From contig NW_003314280.1 of assembly GCF_000143415.4 (NCBI RefSeq), forward strand, positions 1,843,549 through 1,907,548: a stretch of 64,000 nucleotides of DNA, written 5' to 3'. This stretch comes from Selaginella moellendorffii (Eukaryota > Plantae > Lycopodiophyta). Under the pieces are notes generated by a model. It had not been told where the DNA came from. It searched no databases and was given only the letters and a program-made list of their open reading frames with translations. A program made the translations under genes and the position numbers. Shown here in pieces: positions 23,456 to 35,866 of the stretch (positions within the stretch are counted from its first letter, which is position 1; each line of letters starts with the position of its first letter).

Positions 23456-24180
23456 GTATATCTATTTACAAACATTACACCATCCTCTTATCTAAAAGAT
23501 GAAAAAGTTGATGATGATAAGTCAAATGGAACATCTAAAACTTCTACTAAACAATTATAAATTTTCACAAGAACATGAGTCAATTACAAAATTTAAATGA
23601 ACCAATTGCAACTCCATATATAATTGCCAAATATTTGAACCAACCTTGAAATTATAATTATGAATTAAAACAAGCCACTATAGTTTATAAAGCACCATTG
23701 GAGTAAACAATACCTCTCATCTTTAAGTTTGCCTACTGACAATCCTCCAAAACCATTATTAACTCAAACTTATGACCATAAGTAGAACTGCTTTTACATC
23801 TTCCCTTTGATCAACATTTAAAACCTATGTTAATTCGGACTCATGACTTTTGTTTTCATTCAACACCACATATACGAAGTCAAATTCACTATGTTCATCC
23901 TCAAAATCTTTTTTATCCCCTTGAAGGAAAAAAAGTTTTGAAACACTGGCTTCATTTGAACTTATCATGTTCATCTTCATTCCACCACCTATGTTCAGCT
24001 TCACTTCACTATCACATTTGTTTAGCCTCATTATGTTGAGGTTAGATGTTCCATTTGAATTTACTATATTCATCCTCACTCCATAATTCATATAATTTAT
24101 CTTTATTCCACTATTGTATCCACTCATCTTCACTTTATTATTATCCATCCATCCCCCCCTCCTTCGAAGGTTTTTTTTTT
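23200..24180. repeat. Dispersed AT-rich repeat (probable decayed TE) with an AT/AC microsatellite; homologous in opposite orientation to ~41300-42280
   Basis: Conceptual translations align (NGTSNLNIMRLNKCDSEVKLNI vs NGTFNFDIMKLNGCNSEVKLNI); shared gatgttccatttgacttat and microsatellite position. Confidence 0.75.
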
Positions 24181-24399
24181 TTAAAACATCAAAGTAAAGA
24201 GGAGAAAATAAAAAAAAATTGAGGAAGAAGAAAAAAGTGAGCTTGATTCAAAGGTGATTGATTTAGCCACTGAAGTTTATGAGATTTTGGTGGTATATAA
24301 ATGAAATTTGTAAATATCTCAAGATAAAATGGAGAAGTTTGCAAATAAGTATTGTTAATTTCAAGAATATAAAGTGGGAGATTTTGTTTTCGTGTGAGC

Positions 24400-25577
24400 A
24401 ACTTGTCCATTAAGTGAATGGTTTGTGCTTTTATGAAGTGGGAAAAGTGATAAAATTTCTTATAGATAAACTAGTCTATATGAAGTGTTAGAGTGCATTG
24501 GTAAGGTGGTTTATTGAATGCAATTACCAATTGGGATGAAAATTCATTTGGTATTTTTATATTAGCCAATTAAAAAGTGTACTACCTCGGAATGAAGGGT
24601 TTAATGCTTCTTTAATATATACAGTTATGGAGGATGGACTAAGAGTTTAAGTAAAGTTCCCCAAAAAGGGTGATCATTAGTACAACTTATCCTTGGACAA
24701 GGACATTGTTAGGGTGGAAGAATTGTTAGGTACTAACTTTGACTGTATAGTCAATATAGGTTAAAGGGAAGTTTAAGGGTATAATGTAAGGAACTAAATC
24801 TACTTTTAAAGCTTGTGTTTATAAGCCATAAATTTTTCCTTTCCAATTTACTAGTTTATCTTGTCTATCTGACCACTACGGCTTTAGCCTTAGTTAAATT
24901 CCCTTGTTAAGGTTTCTACTTATTGTATTAGCTCCTACTTGGTCCTACATGGTTTTAACAATACACTGCATGAACAACAAAGTGTTAACCATCCATCCAT
25001 AGATTGGTATCGAAGTTATTTTTCAATTTGACTCTTATTGGTAGTTAAATATATTACCACTTGATGTTATCATCGAAAGGTCCTAAGAGTGGGTCTTCTT
25101 CAAAGATTAGCATCTCAAGAGGGAATGACTTTTCACCTTAGTTCATATATGAACATGTTAACAATGTGGTGAATAGAAAGGGGCTAATAAGGGAATGACT
25201 TTGGGATTTTAAAAATAGTATAAAGTTTTCTTTAGAGAGTTAAGGTGTACTTCATAAAAGCATTTAACTTAATAAATTAGATATTATGGTTATAGTAAAC
25301 AACTATAGTTAGGATCACGTCCTAGACAATAAAGGATTCATAAGATTATCCTTATATAATTAAGGATGGTGTTTAAGAATTTGAAATTGGAGTTAATAAT
25401 TGTAGGAGGTCAAATGTGGATAAGGACAAAGGTCTTTGAAATGGTAGTTTATTTTCTTAATAGATGCCTGAGGATGATCTTTATTTTATAGGGATGGATC
25501 TTAATGATCATTTATAGTTGGTGGTGTTTTCAATTTTTATTCCATACTTTCTCCATACCTACCATGATTTTTGTATT
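24400..25577 (-). mobile_element. Highly decayed LINE-like reverse transcriptase remnant
   Basis: Minus strand *PPTIINSNFKFLNTILN resembles RPI.LLN.DYKIL.KIL; downstream EEDPLLGPF resembles QGDPLSP; many stops. Confidence 0.35.
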
Positions 25578-26098
25578 NNNNNNNNNNNNNNNNNNNNNNN
25601 NNNNNNNNNNNNNNNNNNNNNNNNNNNNNNNNNNNNNNNNNNNNNNNNNNNNNNNNNNNNNNNNNNNNNNNNNNNNNNNNNNNNNNNNNNNNNNNNNNNN
25701 NNNNNNNNNNNNNNNNNNNNNNNNNNNNNNNNNNNNNNNNNNNNNNNNNNNNNNNNNNNNNNNNNNNNNNNNNNNNNNNNNNNNNNNNNNNNNNNNNNNN
25801 NNNNNNNNNNNNNNNNNNNNNNNNNNNNNNNNNNNNNNNNNNNNNNNNNNNNNNNNNNNNNNNNNNNNNNNNNNNNNNNNNNNNNNNNNNNNNNNNNNNN
25901 NNNNNNNNNNNNNNNNNNNNNNNNNNNNNNNNNNNNNNNNNNNNNNNNNNNNNNNNNNNNNNNNNNNNNNNNNNNNNNNNNNNNNNNNNNNNNNNNNNNN
26001 NNNNNNNNNNNNNNNNNNNNNNNNNNNNNNNNNNNNNNNNNNNNNNNNNNNNNNNNNNNNNNNNNNNNNNNNNNNNNNNNNNNNNNNNNNNNNNNNNN
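25578..26098. other. Assembly gap (N run)
   Basis: Run of n characters. Confidence 1.
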
Positions 26099-26291
26099 GT
26101 AAATGGTCTGCATATAAGAGATGTAAAGAAATAGAGTGAGGAAATACTAATCCCAAATTTTAAACCTGCAAACAACTTTTACCCAATCATAACGGCCGCC
26201 ATTGGCCAGATCCGGGGGCAAGAAGATAAATAGATACTTAACTGCACATATAATATTTTCCAATTCATTTATCTTGACAAGAGAGGGCAAT

Positions 26292-28197
26292 TTACACTAC
26301 GGCCGTTGTACTCTTGGGAACACGAATGGTAAGCAAGCCGTTCCAGAAAGACGCTCTAGCCTGCTTCATGTCAGCACGCGAGGGAAACTTAAACTTCCTT
26401 TGCTGGAAGACGTTGTCGCTGGTCTTAATGATGAGTTCCGGACCTATATTATCCACAATAACTTCCTCTCGCGACATGCCTGCACAGTCGCAAAGCCAAA
26501 AGCTATTGAGAAAGCGTGAAAGTTTTCATACCTGGAATTTCGACACGAAGGATGTGGTGATGCTCATCATCTACCGAAGTTGCCTTTATGGGTTTGTTCT
26601 TGGCTACAGCAGAAAAGTAAAACAGGAAATGAGTAGAGGCAACAAAAAAAAAAGAAAAAAAAAAGAGAGAAAAACACGATACTCTTGTCCAACTTGGTCT
26701 CGTCAAGGTCCTCAATTGGTAATGTCAGAGCTGTCCCTTCGAGCTCACCGTCCCCCTGAGGCTTAACGCTGGCTGAGTCCACAATCACTTCCTCTCGCAA
26801 CAGGGCTGCACGGTCGCAAAGCCAAGAACTATTAAGAAAGTGTGAAAGTTTTCAGGGACATACCTGGAACTTCGTGGTGATGCTCGTCATCTACTTTATT
26901 CTTGGCTACAGAAGAAAAGAAACAGGAAATTAGAGGCAAAAAGAACAAAAAAAGATCCATACTCTTGTCTAGCTTGGTCTCGTCAAAGTCCTCAACTGGC
27001 AATGCCGGCACTGTCCCTTCGAGTACAGCGTCCCCCTTGGGAAGGCGAATGGTGAGAATCTCATCCTGGAGATTAACTATTGCACCGTCGACATTAGCGT
27101 AAGGAGGAACGGCAAGCCTCTCGGGGCGGAACACGTCCTTCTCCGTGGTAACAAGCACACCCGGTCCATCTTTTGCAACATTCACTTGCACTTGATTCAG
27201 CGACGTGAGACCTGCGCAAGAAAAAAAAGAGATGACAACGTCTCCATCCAAATGACTTACCAGGTACTTGCACATCGACAGTATAGAACTGCTGGTTCTC
27301 AAACGACGACCACAATAGCTTCCGCTCGTCATATCCTGCCAGACACAGAAAAAAGAATAAAAAACTCCGGGCAGGATCAACCATACCTTTATCAATGCTC
27401 TTGAGGCAGTTTAGCAGCAGCTGGTAAGCGTGTTTCTTCTCAAAGTTGTAGAGAGCGACGAGACCCCCGTGACGAGGGAACTCCGGCAGTCCCCCGGCAT
27501 CAGCCACCTCCTGCGCCAACTCGAGGCTCCTGGCACACCTCGTCAAGTACTCCCTCCAGAAGATCTTTCTTGGAACAACCGGTGTAGCATATGATTCAGA
27601 GTGCTCCTGGATCAGAACGGAGAGGTTCGTGGACTGCAGACCAAAGAACTTGGGATAACACTCAGCGCCAAACAGACGCGCCTGCTCCTGCAGCTCGTGC
27701 ACGTTTGGCTCCCCAGAGAAGACTTCCTTCTCGGCTCGGCAGGCAACAGTCCGGCAAAAGTCATGCACGAGGCGAGTTTCTTCCTTTGTGCGTTGATGGA
27801 TGGGGGGCTCTCCATGCAAGCGGCACCTTGCATCCTCCGAGGCATTTTTCACAAGCTTGATCATGTGTGTATATGGGATGGGGTAGTCGCCTATGTCGTC
27901 AAGCCCGAGTGGTTTTTCAGCGGGTGGGGGGAATTCGCCGCTCACAATTTCGGTGTACTTGAGCATGTGGTCCAGGAGATGGCCCTCGAAGCAGACGGTG
28001 GTACTATCACAGTCGCCCACCGCCTTAAAGACTTGGCCGAGGACACGGTTGTTTAGGCGGAGCATCACCATCCACAGAAACTCTCCAAACTCTCTGTAGG
28101 CATCCTCCGTCAGTGGTTTGCTCACCTGAGAGAGCGTCTTTGCGCTTGCCGTGCGGATGCCGCTCCTACTACTCGCGCTTATCAACCGCCTGAACAT
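26292..28197 (-). CDS. Inverted paralogue of 21156-22819 (unknown domain + tandem ACD/HSP20 domains) with an internal partial duplication at ~26570-26900
   Basis: MFRRLISASSRSGIRTASA presequence-like start; shared KYTEIVSGEFPP, GDYPIPYTHMIKLV, GGLPEFP.HGGLVALYNFEKKHAY; same intron positions; ends NGLLTIRVPKSTTAVV. Confidence 0.78.
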
Positions 28198-28355
28198 TCT
28201 CTAGGGCCCTAGGGTTTTCTACAAGGATCTCTCAGAGCTGTATCCACAACTGGCTTTCCTTCTTGTGCATGGCAGCACAAACCTCTAAATATACCGCTTA
28301 ATTCTTCTCTTAAGGCCTTGCCTACAAAACGAGCACGAATGGCGGAAAACTTTCT

Positions 28356-30230
28356 TCACTCCTGCGAACTTTGGTTTTGATTTTGCTGCTGCTGTTGCTG
28401 CGAAGAGTTTTGATTCCGCTGGGCCTGACTCGCTGGGATTCCCAGGTTTTGGATCGCCGACTGGAGCGTCTCAGCGAAATCGAACGTAGCAGTGGCCCCT
28501 GACGCAAAGTTCTCGGCTGGAAATCCTCGGACCATGTTTGCAACTTCTGGAACCAAGTTCTCCAGTCCGGCACCGCCCTGCTGGATGCCTTGCATTACGC
28601 ACTGTAGCAAGCCCGAGAGACCGTCCGGTTGGAACTCGGGAGGATTTGTCCTGGCCTCATTGCTGCCGTCTCTCCGGGCCTCTCCTTCGTGATCTTGTGG
28701 ATGTTGTTCTTGTGTCTGTTCTTCGGCCGTGGCGCCACTGGCCGCCTGTGCGTCCGAGTTTCTTGCTGGCGACGAGTTTTCGCTATCACTTGTCTCGAAT
28801 TGTGCAGTCACATTTACAACACATGCACCGGGCTGAAGAAGAAAAAATACGATTTGTTAGGCCACGATTAACAAGAACAGAGGTTCTCTCCCTTACCTCT
28901 TGATATTGGCTGCTTCCACGAAGCGCTTCAACAAGCTTTTGTCGCGCACTCTGAGATCAAATAATTTACACGAGATTGACCATCGTAGCAACTTACCTGA
29001 AGGTTATCACTGGCAGACGTGTTTGAGGGATCCACTTCTAAAGCTGGAGGGAACGAAAAACAAGTTAGCACGACATGTAATCGGTTCTGTCGAGCTACCT
29101 TTAGTGAACCACTCAACTGCGTCAAGGTATCGTCCTTGAGAGTAATGGACAAGACCCAAGCGACTGTAAGCCTTGCTATATCGAGGATTTATCTCTATGG
29201 CCTTGTGGCAATCCGTAATAGCAGCGCCATGGTTTCCAGCTTGCGTGTGAGCAGCTGCTCTATAAAAACGAATAGAAAGGCTACACAAAAGTTGATCACG
29301 AACTTGATACCTGTTCGCAAAAAATATCGCATTGTTGCTGGATAGTGAAATCGCTAGAGTATACAGTTCAATAGCCTCAACATAACGATGACTGGCCATT
29401 GATCCGTTGCCTGTATCATGAGCAAAACTCAGTTGTTCGGTCACACGTAAGTTATTTCTTTACCTTGAGCTTTGAAAGCTTCAGCAAGCAGCTCAGACTC
29501 ATCCTTGCCCTTGTATGCCTGCAAAGAAACAAACAAGAACTTTCGAATTATCACCTCACACAGAAAAAGAAAAAGCATAGATACATTTATAGACTTTGAG
29601 ATGGAAAGAAAAGCAACAAGAACCGCGGCAAACCTTGACAATAAATATTAGAGGTGCATGCCTTTAAAGTCTCTTGGAATGTAGATTCAGCTTGAGGTAC
29701 ACGGTTCTCGCTGGTGCCAGAGGAAAAAAATCCGGCACTCTCAAGACCTTCGACAAATTGCCGGTACACATTTTGAGAATCAAGCTCTGCATTATAGTAG
29801 AAAAGAAAAAAAAGAGATAAATGAAGATCGAAAGTTTGCACTCACCAGGAGTACTCGATTTCTTCAAGTCCGATTTCTGCCAAAGAGAGAGACTTTCAGC
29901 AACAAAAATGGAAAAAAAAACTAGTAGCTTACTTCATGAGAGTGTGTCGACTGCGTAATAACGTCAACAAGCGAGACCTTCGATAATTTCTCACTGCCGC
30001 TGCGCAGGTCGAAAATCTCCGTCAAGCACTGCGCAGCAACCTCCAGCCCTTCGGAATCCACGCCATCCACAACTTCCACTGCAAGAGCCAAGAATTTCGA
30101 ACAGATCGATCGATCGCGCTTGATCACAGCTCCCTCGCCGCTCACCTGAGCGCAAGAAATCGAGGAAGGATGCCACAATCCGCCTGGCTGCGACCGAATC
30201 ACTCCGGAGACGCACCTGATCCTCCGCCAT
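28356..30230 (-). CDS. Small glutamine-rich TPR co-chaperone (SGTA/Sgt2-like), multi-exon
   Basis: N-terminal dimerisation motif RRIVASFLDFLRS...EGLEVAAQCLTEIF; TPRs AEAFKAQGN..M....Y.EAIELYT.AI, AAITDC.KAIEINPRYSKAYSRLG; Q-rich tail. Confidence 0.88.
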
Positions 30231-30408
30231 AACCCACAAACCTAAACGACAATGAGCGGGATCGACGGCGAGGATACTGCCAGGTGGGCGCCATCGCACC
30301 GTCGGAATCGTAGTGCCAAAGGTTTAGGGCCCGGACACTTTGCTTATCGAATGGATCATTGTGGAGGAATTTCCCTGGGAAAATGTGCGTCGCATTAATC
30401 CCTAATCC
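30231..30408. promoter_or_regulatory. Compact bidirectional promoter region between the SGT-like gene and the Pol IV/V subunit gene
   Basis: Divergent start codons are only ~180 bp apart; telo-box/site II-like ggtttagggccc at ~30321. Confidence 0.5.
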
Positions 30409-33400
30409 ATGGCTTCCAGCAAGAGGAGGAGCAGCCATCGCGATCGCGCATTGGAAGAGGCGACGGGTACGCTCATCGCTCTCGACTTCCGGCCGCTCAC
30501 ATCGGAGGAGATTGTAAGTTTGATGGATTGATGGATCGATTAGTCGTAGCAGAACAGCCTTCACTGCATAGGACCCGATCGACGAGCTGGAAATATTTCT
30601 TCCGGTCGCTAACGGCGACCGCGGTCGCTTTCGTTTCTTGATGTGTGTGCGCAGATCCGCGCCTCGGTGTACGAGGTCAAGACGGTCCGAGCCTTGCAAA
30701 ACAATCGATTCGGGCTTCCAAACTTGAGCGATTGCTGTACTTCTTGCGGTGCCAAGCGAACGGATGCGTCCAATAGCGCTTGCCCCGGTAAGAACTCCAT
30801 CTCAGGGGAGTGAATGTGGATTGTTGTTTGAAACTTTTGCAGGCCATTCTGGTCACATTGAGCTGCCGGTGCTTGTTTATCACTGGGATCGCATCTCCGC
30901 TCTGGAAGCGATTTTAAATCGGGTTTGCCTCCATTGCTACAGCTTCAAGCACAAGGGCCGCAAAAAGGTGGCAAGAGAAAGCTCTTTTTTTCGTATGCTT
31001 GTAAAGTGCCACTGATGGTTTTGCAGGAGCTTAGGACTTTAAGCAGCTTAGAGCAAGTGGCTTCTGGTGTTGATGCGCATCAAGCAGACATTGGAGCGGT
31101 CCCAAATGGCGCTCGGGTACGTTTTGTTTTTGTCTAGTTTTCTTACGAGGTCGCTTTCTATGCTGTTGCAGGCTCCTGAGGCCGAGGAAGATCCTGAAAA
31201 ATGCGCCGTATGCAGTGTGCGTGCTTTAGTGTTTTCTAATGCTCTTACTTTGTGAGTCACTCATGTTGCTTTGCCAGGGGCCAGCAGCGGCCGTGAAGAA
31301 AATTTTCAAGAAAGTGGGGACTGCTAATGTCCCAGCCCTCTTGCTGGAAATAGACGGCAAAGTTCGCCGCGAGGACATTCCTCCGGGCTTTCAAAGTCTG
31401 ATACTGAAAGACGAGATGACACCACAATGGAGGTCAAAGATGCTCGACCCGAATCAGGTAATCATTTACAAAAAATCAGCTTCAACGTAGCTAATGACTG
31501 ATTGATAGGTCCTAAGAATTTTGAAATGCCTACCACGAGAGACCACTGACAAACTTCGAGATGAAAAGTTACCTTCGATACCAGCAGAAGATTATTTTAT
31601 AAAATCCTTGCCCGTGCCTCCAAACTGGATGCGCTACAGTACGAATGAGTTCTATTTCCAGGTAACTCTTCTTATGAATTTAAAATGACTGATTCTGATA
31701 TTTCCGTGCAGGACAAGACAACGAAAAACCTGAAGCACCTGCTTACGAAAATCAAGTCCATTGTGTACACCCGTGATGAGGACAAAATATCTCTATTAAC
31801 TGAACAAAAAGTCATGGAGATTCAAGCTGCTGCAACACAGTGCATTCGTGCAAATCCAGTAAGCTTCTCTTTTCTCCGAAGCTAATCTTACCTTTTCTGC
31901 ATGAATTAGCTGTACGGCAACGTTTCAGACGAGGATCCTCGGTATGGCAACGTGTCAGATGAAAGCAAGCCTTTGTCCGGGTTGCAGTTTCTTCGAAGTC
32001 TAACAGGCAAATACTGTGGGTCTTCTGCTCGAGCCGTGGTGATTGGTGATCCTGCTCTTAAGCTCGAGGAAATTGGAATTTCTGCTAGAATTGCCGCTGG
32101 TTTGGTTGTTCTGGAGACGGTCACAAGTTCCAACATAATCTCCCTGCAAAGCTACGCTTACAACAATCCCGGCCTTAAAGTAGTCAGAGGTGGTGAAGTA
32201 TGCACAGGTAGAAGCTGCAAAAAGTTACGGGTAGGAGACGTTATACACAGGAGCTTGAAAGACGGGGATCAAGTTTTTGTTAACAGGCCACCGACGTTTC
32301 ACAAGCATGCTTTGATAGGCCTCAAGTCGAAAGTCATCCGCAACAATGTTTTTGCTGTGAACCCGCTCATCTGTTCTCCACTGTTTGCCGACTTCGATGG
32401 AGATACGTTGGCTTTATACTTGCCACAATCACTCCAAGTGAGAGCGGAGGTCGCAGAGTTGGTGGCACTTCCAAAACAATTGGTTTCGTCTCAAGGTGGG
32501 CAATCTATTATCGGGCTGACACAGGATGCACTTCTAGGGGCACACCTTATGACACGCAAGAATGTCTTTTTAGATAAACTTGACATGGACCAGCTGCGGA
32601 TGTGGTGTCCATCAGCAAAAGTTCCTGTTCCGGCAATTGTTAAATCACCGAGAAAGAGTCCGTTGTGGACCGGCAAACAACTCTTTCAGATGACATTGCC
32701 AACGACTTTCGATTCGGAAAGCGACGATGGCAGGCTCATTATTCGACAGGGTGAGATTTTGAGAACGTCTGATAAGTCTTCAGCATGGCTTGGCAAGGAT
32801 GGCCTGATGACTACCATTTGCAGAAGATATGGCCCCGATAGAGCTTTGGAGCACCTAGATACGGCTCAGGGAATTGCCGTGGACTGGATATCGGAAAGAG
32901 GATTTAGTGTTGGTTTATGTGACTTCTACATGGCTGCTGACGCGGTATCTAGAAGGAAGCTCGAGGAAGAAACTTTGTGTGCCGTGGAGGAAGCAAAGAT
33001 CTCGTCTTTGGCACATCAGATTGTCTCCGACTCGCGCTTTCAAGTTAACAGTGTCAGCAGACCACGGTGCAGCAGCTGGAACGAGCGCGTGCAGCCAGTT
33101 ACGTCCGCCAACGAAGCGACACAGCAAGCTGCGATCTCTGCTTTCCAGTCCACCATGAAAGCTTTTGAGAGGACTATAGAGGAGCATGTCCGCGAGAACA
33201 GCAGGGAGAATTCGCTGCTCAGGATGGTCGAAGCAAAGAGCAAGGGTTCTTTGTCGAAAATGATGCAACAAGGTGGTTGCCTGGGGCTGCAGCTACGTCA
33301 AGGCGAGTTTGTATACCACCGTGTCAAGTCACTATTCCCTCGAGCTGTTGAGAACGAGTCAAGGGGCTACCTCACTTCCTCCGAGCTGTGGAAATCAATG

Positions 33401-35866
33401 GGCCTGGTGGAAAGCTCCTTTCTGGACGGCCTGGACCCGCGCGAGTTTTTCATCCATTCTCTTTCTTCGAGGAAAGGAAACGATGGCAGCCAGCAGCGGT
33501 GCGCGTCGTTCTTCAGATTTCTTATGAGCTATATGAAGGACATTCGCGTCGAGTATGACAACACTATCAGGTCCACGCACGGGGGTCATATTTTTCAGTT
33601 TTCTTATGGAGCTACTGCTGAACCAGGAGAACCAGTGGGACTTTTAGCTGGGACTGCGGTCATAGAACCTGTTTACGATCAGGTGATGAGTTCGTCACCA
33701 CAGGCTTCTACGATGCTGAAAACGCTGCAGGTTAGCTTCTTTTGCTTTTTTTCCTTGGTGTATGCGTGACTTTTATTTTCCAAACTTTCCAGAACATACT
33801 GTTCTCAAATTCGTTCAAAGACATCGATAGGTGTGTCACTCTTAAACTTCAGAAGCTTCCGGTTCAGCCGGAGTGGATAGCATTGCAAGTGCAAGATTTT
33901 CTAAAGCCGGTCACTATTGGGATGCTGGCTTCCAAGATTTGGATTGAGTAAGCTAGCTTCTGTGAACTATTGTTCTTACTGTCACGCTTTTTGCAGATAC
34001 AGTCCCTGCAGTGAAGTTGGCGGGCAGAAGAAAAGAGTGCCGTGGATTGGGTGCTTCGAGTTGCGAGCGGTTAATTTCCTCATATCTATTATTCTTTTCC
34101 TTAACAATGTGTTACATTTTCAGGAAGCAATGGAAAGATGCAGTTTGAACATTGACACAATTGTGTGTCACCTTCGCAAGCAACTCCCAACTAGCTTAGA
34201 TGATCCGGATGCTTTTATTCAAGGGCTACATTTCTTTTCGAGGTAAGGATTTTCTTACGAGATATAGTTTACTTATAAGTAAGTTTAGGGATGTTGAAGT
34301 GTTATGCTTCTTCCCAATCACTTCTTCTGTGAGCAACTATGATAGCAAGCAGATACACAAGCACATGATAGGAACAATGTTTCGAAATTTGCTTCAAGTT
34401 GTCGTGAAAGGTAGATTAGTCTTATAACGTCTGCTAAGTTGAGATGGTATTGGTTTCAGGATGTCCACGAGGAATAGAGTTTGTAAATGTAAAATGGGAA
34501 GACGAGCTATGCATCGAAGTTGCTTTCTTGTCAAGAACCCGAGGCGTTCCATGGACTCATGCATTAGAGGCGTGCGGTTCGATTTCACATTTGGTGGACT
34601 GGCAAAAGTCTACCCCACTCAGCATACAAGAAGTGCACGTCGCTTTTGGAATTGAGGCAGCATACCAGTACTTATTGGAGGTAATGAGCTCAAAAGTTTG
34701 GACATAGCATTGATTATTTTGGCTTTGTGCAGAAACTAAAAGAATTTACGAAAGGTTGTGAGCGGATTATAAACATAGAGCATCTGATGCTCATAGCAGA
34801 TGTCGCTTGCCATTCAGGTTCTGTGAATGGTTTTATAGCTGGTGTGCTAAGAAAACCGTGGAAGAATATCGATGCTAATGAAAGCGGATATGAGGCATTT
34901 GTAAAGAATTTGTCCGGCTGTTCACCCTTGGCCTTTGCAATGGGAAAAGTAAGTATTTCTCCTGAAAAGAGTTTTCTTATGTCTTGTTACAAAAACCTTT
35001 CTTGATCTAGTCCCCAGGAGGTGTGTTTGAAGCTGCTGCGATGAATCGAGAGGTGGATTATTTGGCTGGTGCAAATGAATTGGCATTCTGTGGCAAGAGT
35101 CCCAGTCTTGGAACAGGAGCCAACATTGAGCTTTTCTTCAAAGAGGTGACTGGCATTGACAAAATCTCATTATTAACATGCATTTACAGGATAAGGGACC
35201 TGTTTCACGGTTTCCGGACTTCGAATCACTAGTTTTTTCGAGAAGAGTTGTTGACGACACTGTGTCGGCCACGCTCAGCGCAAAGGACAGAGAAATTGTC
35301 TGGGCAAGGATAGATCAACGCTCTCAAAAGCTGCATGACATATTAAGAAAAAGGTGTGTGGTTGTGCTTTGGACTAACGAGACGATGACTAGAATGCATG
35401 TGCTTTTAGTTTGACAGGAACTCCGGTTTCAGCAGCAAATGAAGCTGTAATCTTAGATACTTTGAAGTATCACCCAATGATGGACAGTAAAGTGGGGTGT
35501 GGTGTCAGGCATATAAGAGTAAGTTCTCGAAGTTTCCTTTTTATTTATTGGTTTTCTTGCCAGGTTGATAATCATCACAGCTTTGGCGGTCGATGCTTTC
35601 ATATTGTTCGACTGGATGGAAGTGTAGAGGACTTTTCTTATCACAGGTGCCTGCTAGAAAGAATCAAGGGCAATACGGTCTTGGTTCAAAGGTACAAGAA
35701 GAAGTATATGAAAGGAAAGAATGGACGAGCTTGTTGCGAGGAGGTTGTTCCAGTCGAGATTTTCTCACAAAACAACGACACAGGCCTCAAGTCATTTTTA
35801 CAACCAAAAGTGAATGAGGGTTTTATGGATGTTATTGGCAAGCTCTGTTCTTTAAAAATATCTTGA
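30409..35866 (+). CDS. RNA polymerase IV/V largest subunit (NRPD1/NRPE1 family), multi-exon, compact
   Basis: Clamp Zn motif CTSC...CPGHSGHIELP; NRPPTFHKH; metal-A site CSPLFADFDGD; GEPVGLLA; GTG.NIEL; C-terminal DeCL-like domain LKYHP...KVGCGV..I.V...FGGRCFHIVRLDGSVEDFSYHRCL. Confidence 0.93.

Noticed and set aside
25504-26175. ORFs made of X residues
   Set aside because: They span the assembly gap
21156-35866. Idea that the ACD proteins, SGT and Pol IV/V form a functional silencing cluster
   Set aside because: The ACD proteins look mitochondrial, and adjacency in a compact plant genome is not evidence of shared function
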